Shown here: positions 40,626 through 54,765 of the stretch, piece by piece
Layout: each line of letters begins with the position of its first letter
Position numbering within the stretch: the first letter of the stretch is position 1
DNA from: Octopus sinensis
Taxonomy: Eukaryota
Assembly: GCF_006345805.1 (NCBI RefSeq)
Contig: NC_043001.1
Span: 96,968,001 to 97,032,000 of the forward strand
DNA: 64,000 nt
Direction of reading: 5' to 3'
Translations under genes and position numbers: made by a program
Notes under the pieces: model-generated
What the model was told of the DNA's origin: nothing
Seen by the model: only the letters and a program-made list of their open reading frames with translations
The model's database searches: none

Positions 40626-40862
40626 CGAAGATAATTTTAATAACAAGTATTAATATCTCAATAATTAACGTTAAGACAAAGTTAGAAATAAAGGAAACAA
40701 ATGCAAATACATATTTCAGAGATTATTGGAAATTTTCCTTCCACTCAGGATACTATTTGCTTATTTTATGTATGTCTTTCCCTCACTTTTACACTCACAT
40801 GCAAAACGATGTATACAAGCTACACATGCCATATGGTTACGTGCACAGATAATTTAGGCAAA

Positions 40863-40923
<61 letters not shown>

Positions 40924-41901
40924 TTAACTATATACATACATTTAACTATATATAGATATATGTATATATATGTTATATATTTATTGAAGCATACATATGT
41001 TTATATACATATTTATTTGTATAAACACACACACACACACACCCACCCACATATATATGTATGTTTATACACATATCTTCATTTATACATAAGTATATGT
41101 AATTGTATGTATACACATACATACAAACTCACGCACTCAGACACCCCCTCCACACACATATACATACATCCGTATTTTTGTCGGCCATTGATGTGGTGTA
41201 TAATGGGAAAGAATAAACTATATATTTTTTTTAAAAAGATTAGTTTTCCTTTTATTTGTTTAGAATTACAAATAGTTTTAATAAACTATTGTTCTCTTCT
41301 ACTTCCTGCGTATTGTCTGAAAGAGAAGCATAGATTTAATGTTTTAAAATATATTTCACAACATTTATATACTTGAGAACACAAGATAAGTTTGTTTTCT
41401 TCTTAAATTTCAGTTATCTGAACTGGAAATCTAAAATAATCATGTTATAAGATTGTTAATGTTATAGCTGACACGTGCGAGGTGATGGAGTAAATCCTGT
41501 TCTGTTAATCTGTTATTTATTTAAATATTAAACAGATCCCACCGCCATTACAAAACTCTTGAGTAAAGTTGCGTTAGTAATGACAATAAACCAACGAAAT
41601 TCTACTCTAATGAGTTCAAATTCAGAGGAGATGACTTTCACTTTCATTACCACTTACGGTTATAATATGGTGTTATAATATGCTTCAATTGTTTCCATTG
41701 GCTATACAATGTTATCGACGAAAATTATGCATATACCTTCGCAGGTCATCATTATTAGCAATTAATTCTTGTTCATTTAATATTTTTATTATGTCGTATT
41801 TATTATGATTCAGCGAGATATTGTCATCGATCATCATTTATAAATGATATGTGGTGCATCTCCCGCAGACAATAATATATTTTGCGGAAGCCACTTCTAT
41901 A

Positions 41902-42293
41902 CATTATTTATATTATTTACATTTGACGGATATTTGTCCTCATCTTCTTTGTTAACAGTCAACAACAAACAAGATGAGGACATTGTTAACAACAAGCAAG
42001 AAGAGGACAAATATCTGTCGAATGTAAATAATGTAAACAATGTACATAATTCCTCATCTCTTATCTAGAGAACTGTATTATCTAATCGGTATGGAACCGA
42101 CATTAGGCTTCAATGGAGACATATAGAGAAACTCCATGAAAATCTAACTCGTCTTTCAAACCAACTAACTTAATAAAAAAATAATACTGTGTTAACAACA
42201 AACAAGATGAGGACAACTATCCGCCGGATGTAAATAATGTAAATAATGTAAATAATGTACATAATTCCTCATCTTTTAAATACAGAACTGTAT
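41902..42293 (+). mobile_element. 392-bp insertion flanked by a 13-bp TSD; probable Penelope-like element fragment (inverted plus direct pseudo-LTR pieces)
   Basis: agccacttctata at 41889-41901 and 42294-42306. 41902-41946 is an inverted copy of 41998-42042. Direct repeats lie at 41985-42078 and 42191-42293. Internal peptide RTVLSNRYGTDIRLQWRHIEKLHENLTRLSNQLT recalls PLE ORF N-termini. Confidence 0.7.
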
Positions 42294-42814
42294 AGCCACT
42301 TCTATATTTTGTCATCGTAGAAGGGCATCAAACCAGCAGACTCGCTACTGTGTTGGACAAAATGCTTGGTGATATAATGTCCGGCTCTTCACGATCTGAA
42401 TTAATATTGCACTGAGGTCCATTTGACTTTTCAAAAAATAAGTACCTAATAAATTCCCCACCTGTCCTAAAACAGCGAACCTTCTGCCGAAATTTGAAGT
42501 GACATTTGGATTTCGACAGTATTGGACATTCAGGTCCTAGGATTGTTAATAGCTGAGTTATTATCTCTGCGGACAGAGTACAAGAAGGGATTTGTCCGAA
42601 CTTTTTATGTTCTGTGTCGAGTTCAGCGTTGCTGTTTATCTTTTAAGGGCCGATAAAAAGTACTGATTCTAGCTGGTGGATGGACGGAGCTCTAAGAACG
42701 TCGGATAGGATGCGGTGTCTCTATAGTTCAGATGCTTTGCGTTTAGAGTTCAAAACCCACCCTGGCCTGGAGCAACCCTTAACCACTCAAGTGCCTCCAT
42801 TGAAAGCATTCACC

Positions 42815-42990
42815 AGATTCGAAGTATGTCTATTGTGCTATAAGTATGGCCATACCTCGAGAATGAGATATTAAAAGATGCTGTTCCTGCTGCAAACTGG
42901 CTGCAGATGGCTGTCATGTGGTTGTATTGAACTACCAGCTGAGAATAAGTTTTTCCTTCTAAGCAACTGTGACATTGTATTCTTCCACGT
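42815..42990 (+). pseudogene. Possible decayed gag-like zinc-knuckle (LINE ORF1) remnant
   Basis: CLLCYKYGH (Cx2Cx4H), followed in other frames by CCSCC...CH and SNC...H. Frameshifted. Confidence 0.35.
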
Positions 42991-44224
42991 GGTTTAGTGA
43001 GGAAATGAAGAACAATGTGAAGGATATTTTTCAGAGTCGTCAAGTCTGGTGGTGAGGATGCGAAGTCACCGCATGAACAAAAACTAGGTTCATATACTTA
43101 TATTAGAGTATACACCGGTAATGATTACCAAGGCACTAGCGTTGGCGTTGAATGATGCGAAGGATTGTGTTTTTCATTTAAGGTAATCTATAAGAGGAAA
43201 AATAATGTACGGGAGATCATTTTAACTGCAGAAGAATCACGTTAGCTTGTCATGCTAATAAAATGTTCTCTGTAATATAATTTCAAGACCGTTAAGCAAA
43301 CGCCGTGAACCTAAGCCGCCTTTGATTCATTAAGTGATGGTCAATTCTTTCCGGATGTCGATTATCAAAGTTCATTTGCAATAGATATTCAGACTTATAT
43401 TATGCAGACAGTAAAATGATTGCTGTGATAATGAAGGGATATGAAATGATGTTTGCTCTACGGCATATAAAACGCTCTAAAGTGATGAATGTTAATTTAT
43501 TTATTTGGCACAAGGCCTTGCGCTTACTGGAAAACGATAAGGGAGTTGAAACCATTTCGAAAAATTAACGTACAAACTGAAAAGTAATGATGTAAATACA
43601 GGTTTCATTTTGGCTAACCCCAAAGGATATGTTTATGATAAGAAGTGTTAAGTTCACGACTTGCCAAAATGTCACTTGTTGCATAAGTTAAGCGAAATGT
43701 CTACCATCAGGGACCGAAAAAATGAGGCAATATCTCTCAGCCCTCTCTCGTTCATTCTCTCTCTTCCCAACACTATTCAAAACTGATATTCTACTCTAAA
43801 GAGCCCTTGAATTGCTGCAAGTAATATTGATTTTATTCTTAGCAACACTGCCAAAATCTAATAGACTGAAATCTAATAGAAGCGATTAAATTTGTGTCTG
43901 TTAATTATTGACATACTCTTATCGATATTTGATGATAAAATTCATAGTGAACTCTGTTCTATACTAAAAAATTGTGAAAATGAAACTATATACTGCAAGT
44001 CATATTATGGTAAAGTCTATGTATTGATTTCATAATGATGTTGATATTAGCTCAGTGGGTATAGGACTCTGTAAGGATATCTAATTCGCTCAGAGAAAGA
44101 GGAGGTCGTATGCTGGTAAAATACCGCATACGCTTACAAACAAACTTATACTCATATCTATACGCATATGTATGTATGTATATATATATATGCGAGTGTG
44201 TGTGTGCGTGTCTATGTGTGCATG

Positions 44225-44275
<51 letters not shown>

Positions 44276-45579
44276 TATATATAAATTATTAGAGAGTCAT
44301 CCACTATGTGGATAACTCTAGTGCTAAAAATAGCTCCGAAGCAACACCCAGAAGATCCGTTTCCAACTAGAATCAACACACATTTAACTGAAGGAAAGTG
44401 AAATACAACGAATAAAATAGATTGACTCTATATATATATATATATATATATACGTAAATATGCACCACACAAGAGTACATAAGCTCAACTCTTGTGTCTA
44501 TAGTAGACAGAAAGTATATATATATATATATATATATAGTGGTAGAAACCTCCTCGGCCATGAGTGACCATGGGATTGCACCTAGAAAGTTCCCCTTGTT
44601 TGTTGTCTGTCTAATAGATCTTTTCACCTCACGTTGTTGCAGAATAACCCCGCTCTCTGTTCAAATACATCATTCGCCATCGGACGAATTTTGGTAACAG
44701 TGGTTCTCCTTGCATTGGCTGACACAACGCCAGTATACGACTGGATGAACCATTTTACTATATGCAGCGCTGCCCACTGTATCTACCTCTCCTTCTTCCT
44801 TTGTAGCTGCTCTTCTTTCTCTTCTCCTCTTTCTACTTCTCTTTCGCCTTCTATTCGTTTTTCTCCCACTCTTTCTCTTTCTCCCTCCTATCATTATACG
44901 TATCTAACCTCTTGATTCCCCACCCAGCATAATGTCTTCCTCACATGCTCATCCCGCATACATACTTTTAATTTTCTTCTGCTTTTATTTCACCCCAATT
45001 ATTTCCTTACAACGTCTGATAGACGCCCAATATAATAGCACGCCTCTGATGCAAGCCTGAAAAAGCGCCTCTCCAATGCCCAAAACCGCAAATATTACGT
45101 AATTTTTTGTTTAGAAATTTCGCGTAAACTGGCGTTGAAATGGCACAGTAACATTTGTAACTTCTAATGAAAGTTGTGTTAAATAATTTTCTTTATCTTC
45201 TTCTCTTCATTGATATATCTTTAATTTCGTTTTGTCAGTTCTAAAATCTACATTGTATGGAAGCCATGCTTCTGTTTCTCAATTTATTTATGTCAGTTCG
45301 TTACTGTTTGTAAATAGTTACATCACGATCTACCAGCGCAAGTGAAGTTTCTTTTCGCACGTAATTATTCCTGCTATATATAATACAATATCTTGTAAAA
45401 GAAACTGAGGTGCACACAGTGGCCTGATCGAGATAAAACAAGATTAATGTCGAGCAGATTTGAAGACATTTTGTAACTTTAGCATTTTGATTAGATCTGA
45501 CAGCACAAACTAAGGCATGGGCGTCATTCGGTAGATGTAACGAGCCTGGTAGATGTAGAAGACTAACTGGAATTTCCAG

Positions 45580-45663
45580 TCAAGAGTACAGGCGTCTGTC
45601 GGATCGCTGAGGTTTGTCGTGCACACCGCTGTCGTTATATGATTGCTGTTATTCTGTGCATCC
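45580..45663 (+). CDS. Weak candidate 84-nt symmetric (phase 1-1) coding exon, product unknown
   Basis: CTAAC branch-like motif, then aatttccAG| acceptor and |GTGAGT donor. One open frame gives KSTGVCRIAEVCRAHRCRYMIAVILCI. Locally GC- and CpG-richer than the flanks. Confidence 0.25.
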
Positions 45664-45697
45664 GTGAGTAAAGATCAGGCTTCTATTTCTGTTTTTA

Positions 45698-46054
45698 TTA
45701 TTTACTTGTTTCAGACATCATGGTGGGGCACCGCCTTGAAGAATTTCCAGTTGAATGAATTAATCCCAGTATACTTATTTTAAAAGCTTGGTACTTATTC
45801 TATCGGCCACTTTGGCCAAACCGCTAGGATACGGAGAGATTCCGGTTATGAATCGGTGGTGGGGAGAAATAAAGATACACACTGGTATCTATACATATAT
45901 AGGATGGACGGGATCCTTTCAGTTTCCGTCTACTAAATTCACTCACAAGGCTTTGGTCCGTCCAAATGCTTGCCTTAGGTGCCACACAGTAGAAGTGAAC
46001 CTAAAACAATGTGGATGGGAAGCATACTTCTTACCACATAGCCACAGCTGCACC
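45698..46054 (-). mobile_element. SINE family A, degenerate
   Basis: ctttcagtttccgtctactaaattcactcacaaggctttggtc...ggtgccacacag...cttaccacatagccac; tail gcaccgcc...ggtacttattctatcgg. Confidence 0.75.
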
Positions 46055-46585
46055 TACATTTTATCTACCTTTTCAGTGACTGAAGTTAACTACATTTTCC
46101 AAAAACGTCATTTTCTTGTATATTGTAATTTGACTGCTAATTTGTGTAAGAGTTTCCCATAGAACTTTGTACAACCTCCAAATTACGCGATTCTTATAGA
46201 CGTAATTTAAACGATATTATCCTCAAGCCTTACAAAGTCTGCCTCACTACTTTAAAAGATTTAGCCACAAATTCACAACAAAATTTAGCCAAAACTTCAC
46301 ATCTTAATTTCAACAACGATAGTATCTCTTTTAAACTATTGTGCTTCAATTTTTTTATGCCTAGTTAAATCAACCCCCTACCCCAAAACATAGAAGAATA
46401 AATATTGAACAAATAAAGGAAATCAATAATTTGTGATATTACTTTTAAAGTTATTTACACAATAAAACGGGAGAACATATTTCTAACAAAGGAAATGAAA
46501 GAAAATCAAAATTAAAATTAAAATTTGAATTAACTAATAATAAAAATTGGGATAAGAAGTTATACAAAGGCGATTTACAGAAAAA

Positions 46586-46651
<66 letters not shown>

Positions 46652-46754
46652 ATGGATAGATAGATAGATAGGTAGAGAGTTAGATAACGTATCTCATTCT
46701 TTCTATGTATGTATATATATATACTTATGTATGTATACATTTACATGAGTAAGT

Positions 46755-46871
<117 letters not shown>

Positions 46872-47256
46872 TATTACATATATATATGTATATATATATG
46901 TGTATATATATATGTATATATATATATATAAGTATGTATAAATATATATATGTATATATGTACGTGTAATATACATATTTATTCATGTATGTATCTTTGT
47001 AGATATATTTATAATTTACGAGTACTACACCGAACATTTTACTTTGTTCTGTTTCTACTTTTAATATTTTTCGTGGTACGTTTTATTATTTTCCTTTCTT
47101 CTGTTGTGTTTAAGTTTCGTATTAGAAATTTTGTAAAGAATTCAAAAGAAATTCTACTGTATTTGACCTTTCCTTTTCAGACGATTAACTTCGCGTTACG
47201 TGATTCAACGCACTACTATTTTGGTCTTTTACATAAGATATACACTTTTATCCTTA

Positions 47257-47302
<46 letters not shown>

Positions 47303-47718
47303 TATGTATAAATATATATATGTATATGTATATATAAGCTCGCACAAACACACACACCTATACATAAATATTCACACACATATATGTAGATATATGTATG
47401 TTGGGTGTCCGTTTGTGGTCTGTGTACACATATATTTTTCTGTAAATTGAAATATAAAATAATATATCTTCTGCGGAAACATAGTGCAATGATAAACATA
47501 CGAGGATACAAACCCACACATAAATACATTTACTATAAATACTCACACACAAAGCAAACACACGTATAGAATTATATATATATATATACAAACATGTATA
47601 TATATATATATATATATATATATGCCTTGGTAGATATAGAAATATTGATACATACATGTATATATAAGCACACACACTTACGTACATACTATAATATAAT
47701 ATAATATAATATAATATA

Positions 47719-47787
<69 letters not shown>

Positions 47788-48478
47788 TATTATAAATTCT
47801 TATACGCGTTAACTTTTGATAAGTTTCGCCCAGAACCGTTTCAATATTAGCCATCTTACGCAAACATTTATTATATATATGACCCGAAATTCTCACAGTA
47901 ACACACACGTGAGTTATTACATAGGTAGACATAATTCCTATGTGCGAAACATCGTATAAAACGGTAATTTATAGATTATTTGATATGTAATAAAATTTTT
48001 ACACCACCTCTTTATGTATGTCTAAGCATAGAGATATATGAATATATATCTATTTTTACAAACACATATATCCATACCTATATATGGCTGTGAGTGTGAC
48101 TGTGTGTCTGTTTGTCTCTGTATGCATACATATGTATATATGTATACATATTTCTTTTTGTTTTTATACATATATATATATATAAGTATATGCAAGAAGA
48201 AAATGGAGGAAAAAGAACAGGAAGAAATTGGTCGTTTGCGCCTTTGGATTTAACCATCTATTATAGGTTTTAAGCATCTCTAACTTATACCTATATATAT
48301 ATACTTTATATATATGTGTATATATATGTATATATATATATATATATGTGCGTACATAAATATATATGTATATATATGTGTGTGTGTGTATATATATATA
48401 TGTGTGTATGTATAAATATATATATGTATATATATATGTGCATATATGTATATATATATATATATATGCACTTATATA

Positions 48479-48519
<41 letters not shown>

Positions 48520-48555
48520 TATATATACATATATATATACATATATGCACATATA

Positions 48556-48599
<44 letters not shown>

Positions 48600-49088
48600 A
48601 TATTTATATTTATATTCATATACATACATATACGAAATTTTTACCATTTAAAATACGTATCGGTATAGAGAGATAGATATAAACACTCCGAGTGTGGCAG
48701 CATGGATGCAGGAATGGCTATCTTTTCTTCACCATTAGAATACGTATTTGCAGACGCCGTGAGACGACAAGAGACACAAGTCTCTCTCACATTCTAGTCA
48801 TCATTAGAATATTGGCTACGCTATTCCAGGTTTCGCCTAAAATAAAATTAGGGACAGAGCAATTTGGAGGGATTTGCATAAACAGAAACGTGTTACCAGT
48901 TTAAATACACTTGAGACATTTTTGTAATATTAAAACTGACACAGGTAAAAGATTCTTCTCCCATTCGGATATATTCTTCCCAGAATAAAAAAAAAATGGC
49001 AACACTTTTACAGACGCTAAATTAAATTACGATATAGTCGCTGCCCCAATATGAAGCGCATCATTATTCGAAAACACCACCAATTGTT

Positions 49089-49160
49089 GGTAGTATAGCT
49101 CAGTGGTTCAGCATTTGATTGCAGATCGAGAGATCCTCAGTTCGAATCTGAGTGTCCTCT
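49089..49160 (+). tRNA. tRNA-Cys(GCA), probably a pseudogene
   Basis: GGTAGTA TA GCTC AGTGGTT CAGC A TTTGA TT GCA GA TCGAG AGATC CTCAG TTCGAAT CTGAG TGTCCTC T. 72 nt, perfect T stem, U73 discriminator, T5 run at 49179-49183. The acceptor stem has 2 mismatches and 3 G-U pairs; the D stem has a C-C mismatch. Confidence 0.8.
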
Positions 49161-49190
49161 CTAGTTTGATTCCGCTAATTTTTAGGTGGA

Positions 49191-49558
49191 AGAATGACTG
49201 TGTGGTAAGTAGCTTGATTACGAACCACATGGTTCCGGGTTCAGTCCCACTGCGTAGCACCTTGGGCAAGTGTATTCTACTATAGCCTCGGATAAACCAA
49301 AGCCTTGTAAGGGGATTTGGTAGACGGAAACTGAAAGAATCCTATCGTATATTATATATGTATAAATATATATATATGTATGTGTGTGTGTATATGTTTG
49401 TGTCTGTGTTTGTCTCCCCCCAACATCGCTTGAAAAGCGATGCCGGTATGTTTACCTCCCTGTAACTTAGCAGTTCGGCAAGAGACCAATAGAATAAGTA
49501 CTAGGCTTACAAAGAATAAGTCCTGGGGTCAATTTGCTCGACTAAAGGCAGTGCTCCA
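49191..49558 (+). mobile_element. SINE family A, 3'-truncated
   Basis: gactgtgtggtaagtagcttg...ggttccgggttcagtcccactgcgtagcaccttgggcaagtg...aaggcagtgctcca. Confidence 0.9.
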
Positions 49559-50019
49559 AAACACAACGCCCTCGGAATTGAAAAACCCGTATCTCAGACT
49601 TTAGGCCCCTTTACAATTTTACACCATCAAGACTTACGACTCGCTTTCATAGGGTACATAACTCTAATTCTTTTTCTCTGTGTCCTTTGCTTTTCTGCCC
49701 CATTCTACTTTTCGAACCCACTTTCGTCTAATTTTTCTCGTGATCTCTCTTGTTTTATTGTCCTGATTTCTAACTTGCATATGCCATATGCCCAGAAATT
49801 GAAGATTATTCGAGATATTAAGTGTGATTTAAAACCTCTCTGATTTCAGTGTATAAAGCTATCAGTAGCTCATAACTGTATATTGTGTACATTAAACGAT
49901 ATTTGTCTCTCACCATATGGAGTGCGTTTTTTGTTGTCGATTTTCTATAACGGAGAAGTAAGTAAACGATATACATACATACGTACAAATAGTGATATAT
50001 ACATACACACACATATACA

Positions 50020-50195
<176 letters not shown>

Positions 50196-50388
50196 TTAAC
50201 GAATTATAAATGCACCATAGTTTGAATACAGTAAATATTATGTGTAGCATCACAGTTATTCTTACCTAGCAGTACCACATTAGACGGGATTTTGAGTCAT
50301 CATTCACTGACCATTCCCTGTACGGTTTTGCTTCTTATATAATAAACAGTAATTCCGGTAGTCTTTTATTGACGCAATGTATGGTACT

Positions 50389-52692
50389 TTTTTTATTTTT
50401 TTATTACAGTTTTTCATGTGTATAGGGTGATTATCTATAGATTTCTTCCCAGTTAGATACCTACATAGAATCATAGCGAAACTTATATAATAGATTTAAT
50501 TAGAATTAGAATGAGCTACGAGAGAATCAAATCCAGGGGTATAGGCGTCATTTATGTATGAAGGCATATGAACACAATGGATTATATACAAATGGTTTGT
50601 TATTCATTTCTAAAAACCAGTAAAATAGGGTGCTTTCAAATTGACTGCTAGAAGAATAAAGGAAAGGCTACATTGGATGGTATTGGTGAATACATCCTCG
50701 GTGGTATAATTTAATCACGAAACACAACGATAAATCCTTTTTATAACATTACCTTGTTAATATTTACATAGCTGTATATCTAAATGCATGTACATATTTG
50801 TCTGTTTTTCAAATTCAGCTCAACATTGTTTGTAAAATTCGACCAAGTTGAAAGAGACGTGTGGCACGCATTGACGAATCCTACTCCATTTGTTTTTAGA
50901 ATGTGTTCCCTAGAGCCGGCAAATGCGACAAACTGAAAAACGTTGTTTAGCGTTAAGAGAGAGTGTAAATAAAAAAAGAGTAAATGTTATGAATCGACTA
51001 GTCGGTCCTTAATTTATCGATCTATACGGTTGATAAATGAAAATGAAAAGCAAGTTGATATCCGTGGGATTTGAACCCAGGATTGATGGCAAGAAAAATA
51101 TTTACCTATACATAGCAAATTATTTGTTAAACGCTCTAGCAGCTCAGCTAATTGACCGACTAGAAACACACCGATACGTGTTCTTAGACAGACCGCCAAA
51201 TAAATACATAAAACCACGTACACACACTGATCTACGCAGGAATGTGTGAAAAGCTTAAAGCAATAATGTCTAATGAATGTTCAATTCAGATAAGACATTG
51301 TGACAGAACAATCTTTTGTTCATAAACGCCTGTGTATTCTTACTGATAAGACAGTGAAAAATCATTGATAAATAGAGGAACCCTTTAGCAGAATTACCGA
51401 AGTATGAATAAAAAAAAAGATGATAAATTATGATCCAATATTTCCAAAGATTGCAACATATCTTTTGGGATCTGCAAATCTAGCTGATTCATCTTTTATT
51501 ATCATTGATGTAATGTTTATTTCATGAAGTAATATTTTTTATTTTTTATTACAGTTTTTCATGTGTATAGGGTGATTATCTATAGATTTCTTCCCAGTTA
51601 GATACCTACATAGAATCATAGCGAAACTTATATAATAGATTTAATTAGAATTAGAATGAGCTACGAGAGAATCAATCCAGGGGTATAGGCGTCATTTATG
51701 TATGAAGGCATATGAACACAATGGATTATATACAAATGGTTTGTTATTCATTTCTAAAAACCAGTAAAATAGGGTGCTTTCAAATTGACTGCTAGAAGAA
51801 TAAAGGAAAGGCTACATTGGATGGTATTGGTGAATACATCCTCGGTGGTATAATTTAATCACGAAACACAACGATAAATCCTTTTTATAACATTACCTTG
51901 TTAATATTTACATAGCTGTATATCTAAATGCATGTACATATTTGTCTGTTTTTCAATTCAGCTCAACATTGTTTGTAAAATTCGACCAAGTTGAAAGAGA
52001 CGTGTGGCACGCATTGACGAATCCTACTCTATTTGTTTTTAGAATGTGTTCCCTAGAGCCGGCAAATGCGACAAACTGAAAAACGTGTTTAGCGTTAAGA
52101 GAGAGTGTAAATAAAAAAAGAGTAAATGTTATGAATCGACTAGTCGGTCCTTAATTTATCGATCTATACGGTTGATAAATGAAAATGAAAAGCAAGTTGA
52201 TATCCGTGGGATTTGAACCCAGGATTGATGGCAAGAAAAATATTTACCTATACATAGCAAATTATTTGTTAAACGCTCTAGCAGCTCAGCTAATTGACCG
52301 ACTAGAAACACACCGATACGTGTCTTAGACAGACCGCCAAATAAATACATAAAACCACGTACACACACTGATCTACGCAGGAATGTGTGAAAAGCTTAAA
52401 GCAATAATGTCTAATGAATGTTCAATTCAGATAAGACATTGTGACAGAACAATCTTTTGTTCATAAACGCCTGTGTATTCTTACTGATAAGACAGTGAAA
52501 AATCATTGATAAATAGAGGAACCCTTTAGCAGAATTACCGAAGTATGAATAAAAAAAAAGATGATAAATTATGATCCAATATTTCCAAAGATTGCAACAT
52601 ATCTTTTGGGATCTGCAAATCTAGCTGATTCATCTTTTTATTATCATTGATGTAATGTTTATTTCATGAAGTAATATTTTTTATTTTTATTT
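50389..52692. repeat. Near-identical ~1.14-kb direct tandem duplication
   Basis: Copy 1 is 50389-51534 and copy 2 is 51535-52676. Offset is 1145 near the start and 1142 at the end. Both ends carry tttttta-ttttt(t)att microhomology. Confidence 0.97.
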
Positions 52693-53204
52693 TACTTTTT
52701 TTTCAAATTTCACATAATTGCATTAACAATAACGAATATATAAATAATAAAGCGACATAAACGAAAAATGAATTGTTAAAAATAATTTTCTGGAACTTGA
52801 AAACAACTTCAGCCTTCTGAATCTATTAAGAATAAATAGATTTTATATGAAAAATAGCTGATTTAGGTAAGGTAACGCATACGAAATGTTTTCTTTATAA
52901 TCTCGCAATTAATATAGAATAAGAAGTATCAGTTTTCCCAGTTTTTTTTCTTCATATGCGACGCGAAGAAGGAAATGTGAGGTGAGACAAATAAAAATCT
53001 TGCTAAGAGAGTGACAAATATTTGAAACGATATCAAGAGTAGTACCTTGCAGACAAATAAAACAACTTGGCTTGAAGTGGCCTGAGCTACTCCAAAGGAA
53101 CTGTCTTGATGACAAACTGTTTATAATAGTAATGTTTAAGACGAACACAAAGGTGTAATGAAAGTGATGTATTGAGTTAAGTATCCAAATACACTTGAAA
53201 CATA

Positions 53205-53414
53205 CAATATTCTGCTTTAGATGGAATTATTGATATGTATTGCTAGAAACATCTAGGTGTGTTTCTCTAATTTCAGCCTGCACAAGTTAAGGTGTGAAAA
53301 TAAAATAGGAATTTTGAAAGATGTTTCTGTAAAACTAGCTTTTAAATATCGAATAGTTCTGGGGTCCACAAGCTTAAGATGGTGGCCGTAGATAAAAAAT
53401 GGTTCAGAACCCCT
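53205..53414. mobile_element. Probable hAT-type MITE terminal fragment
   Basis: ggggtccac motif and terminus aaaatggttcagaacccct, the reverse complement of a (c)aggggttct(c)aacc-type hAT TIR. Confidence 0.4.
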
Positions 53415-53849
53415 ATACTTGAGTATCGAGCACTTCCAGTGACTATTGACAGTCGGTCGTGGGCTCGAAGACTTTTTTTAGTAAGGAATAATGGAAATAA
53501 GGTCAAGATCTAGAATCTGTTTGCATGTGCACATCAAACTATATTTGCCATTACAGATATAAATGCGTTTACCCATTTTACGTAAACTATTTAGGCTTAC
53601 TATTCAAGTTAATTTTTGTAAGTGAAAGGAATATTTTATATGCAAATTTATTAAGCATATGCAAGGTTTCTGATATGATGTGTTTCGGCATTTCTGTGAT
53701 AATGAGTTGAGTTGTGCGAAGAGGCCACATTTATATCCACAGATGTGTAAACATCCTGATCCACAAAATCAAACGTGCCCAAATTTATATTCGTGCACAT
53801 GTACTCGTGCATATTCAAATACGTGTGTACGTATACTCACACACACAGA

Positions 53850-53903
<54 letters not shown>

Positions 53904-53994
53904 GATATATATATATATTATCTTGCACATATATAGTCACATTCAAATATATATAATATATATATCTGTATATTTGTATATGTATGTGTATATA

Positions 53995-54080
<86 letters not shown>

Positions 54081-54698
54081 ATACATATATATATATATAG
54101 ATAGATATATACATATATATATATATAAATATGTACATATATATATATGTATATATGTATGCATATGTACATTATATACATACACACAAATAGTATATAC
54201 GTCGATGCAAAATTGTATGTATACAAGCATGTACACACGCACAAAGATACATACACACACGGACACACATACACACTCAAGCACACATACACATAATTGA
54301 TTAGGAATATGCAAGTATGTGCGTATGATGAAAGTATTTACCGAGGAGCATACTGATGCTAATATATATTTAAATGGGTATAAAATGAATAAGTCTTGTG
54401 GATTATGAGAAATAAATCAAGACTAGAAATAATGAAGAATAAAATTATTATGTGATAAATTCAAAACTTAGAGAATAAATATGAATATTTTTCAGGGATA
54501 TTAAAATACAAAAACTTATTAAATATATGAATATAAAAACAATCGTTTTTTTTTCATTCTTTACTATATTTTTTTATGCGTTAATCTATCATACATTTTT
54601 GTTCCCCACTATTTTGACTTCTGAATTATTCATGTATATCCACAATAGTTATCAAATTACTATACATTTTTACATATACTTCTACCAGTAGGTTGCAG

Positions 54699-54765
<67 letters not shown>

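Noticed and set aside
51001-51160. tRNA-like sequence on the minus strand (tagctgagctgctagagcg ... ggttcaaatccc), duplicated at ~52143-52301
   Set aside because: A/B-box spacing is too long, there is no anticodon or acceptor stem, and it continues into family B-like gatcgataaattaaggacc. It is a decayed SINE head.
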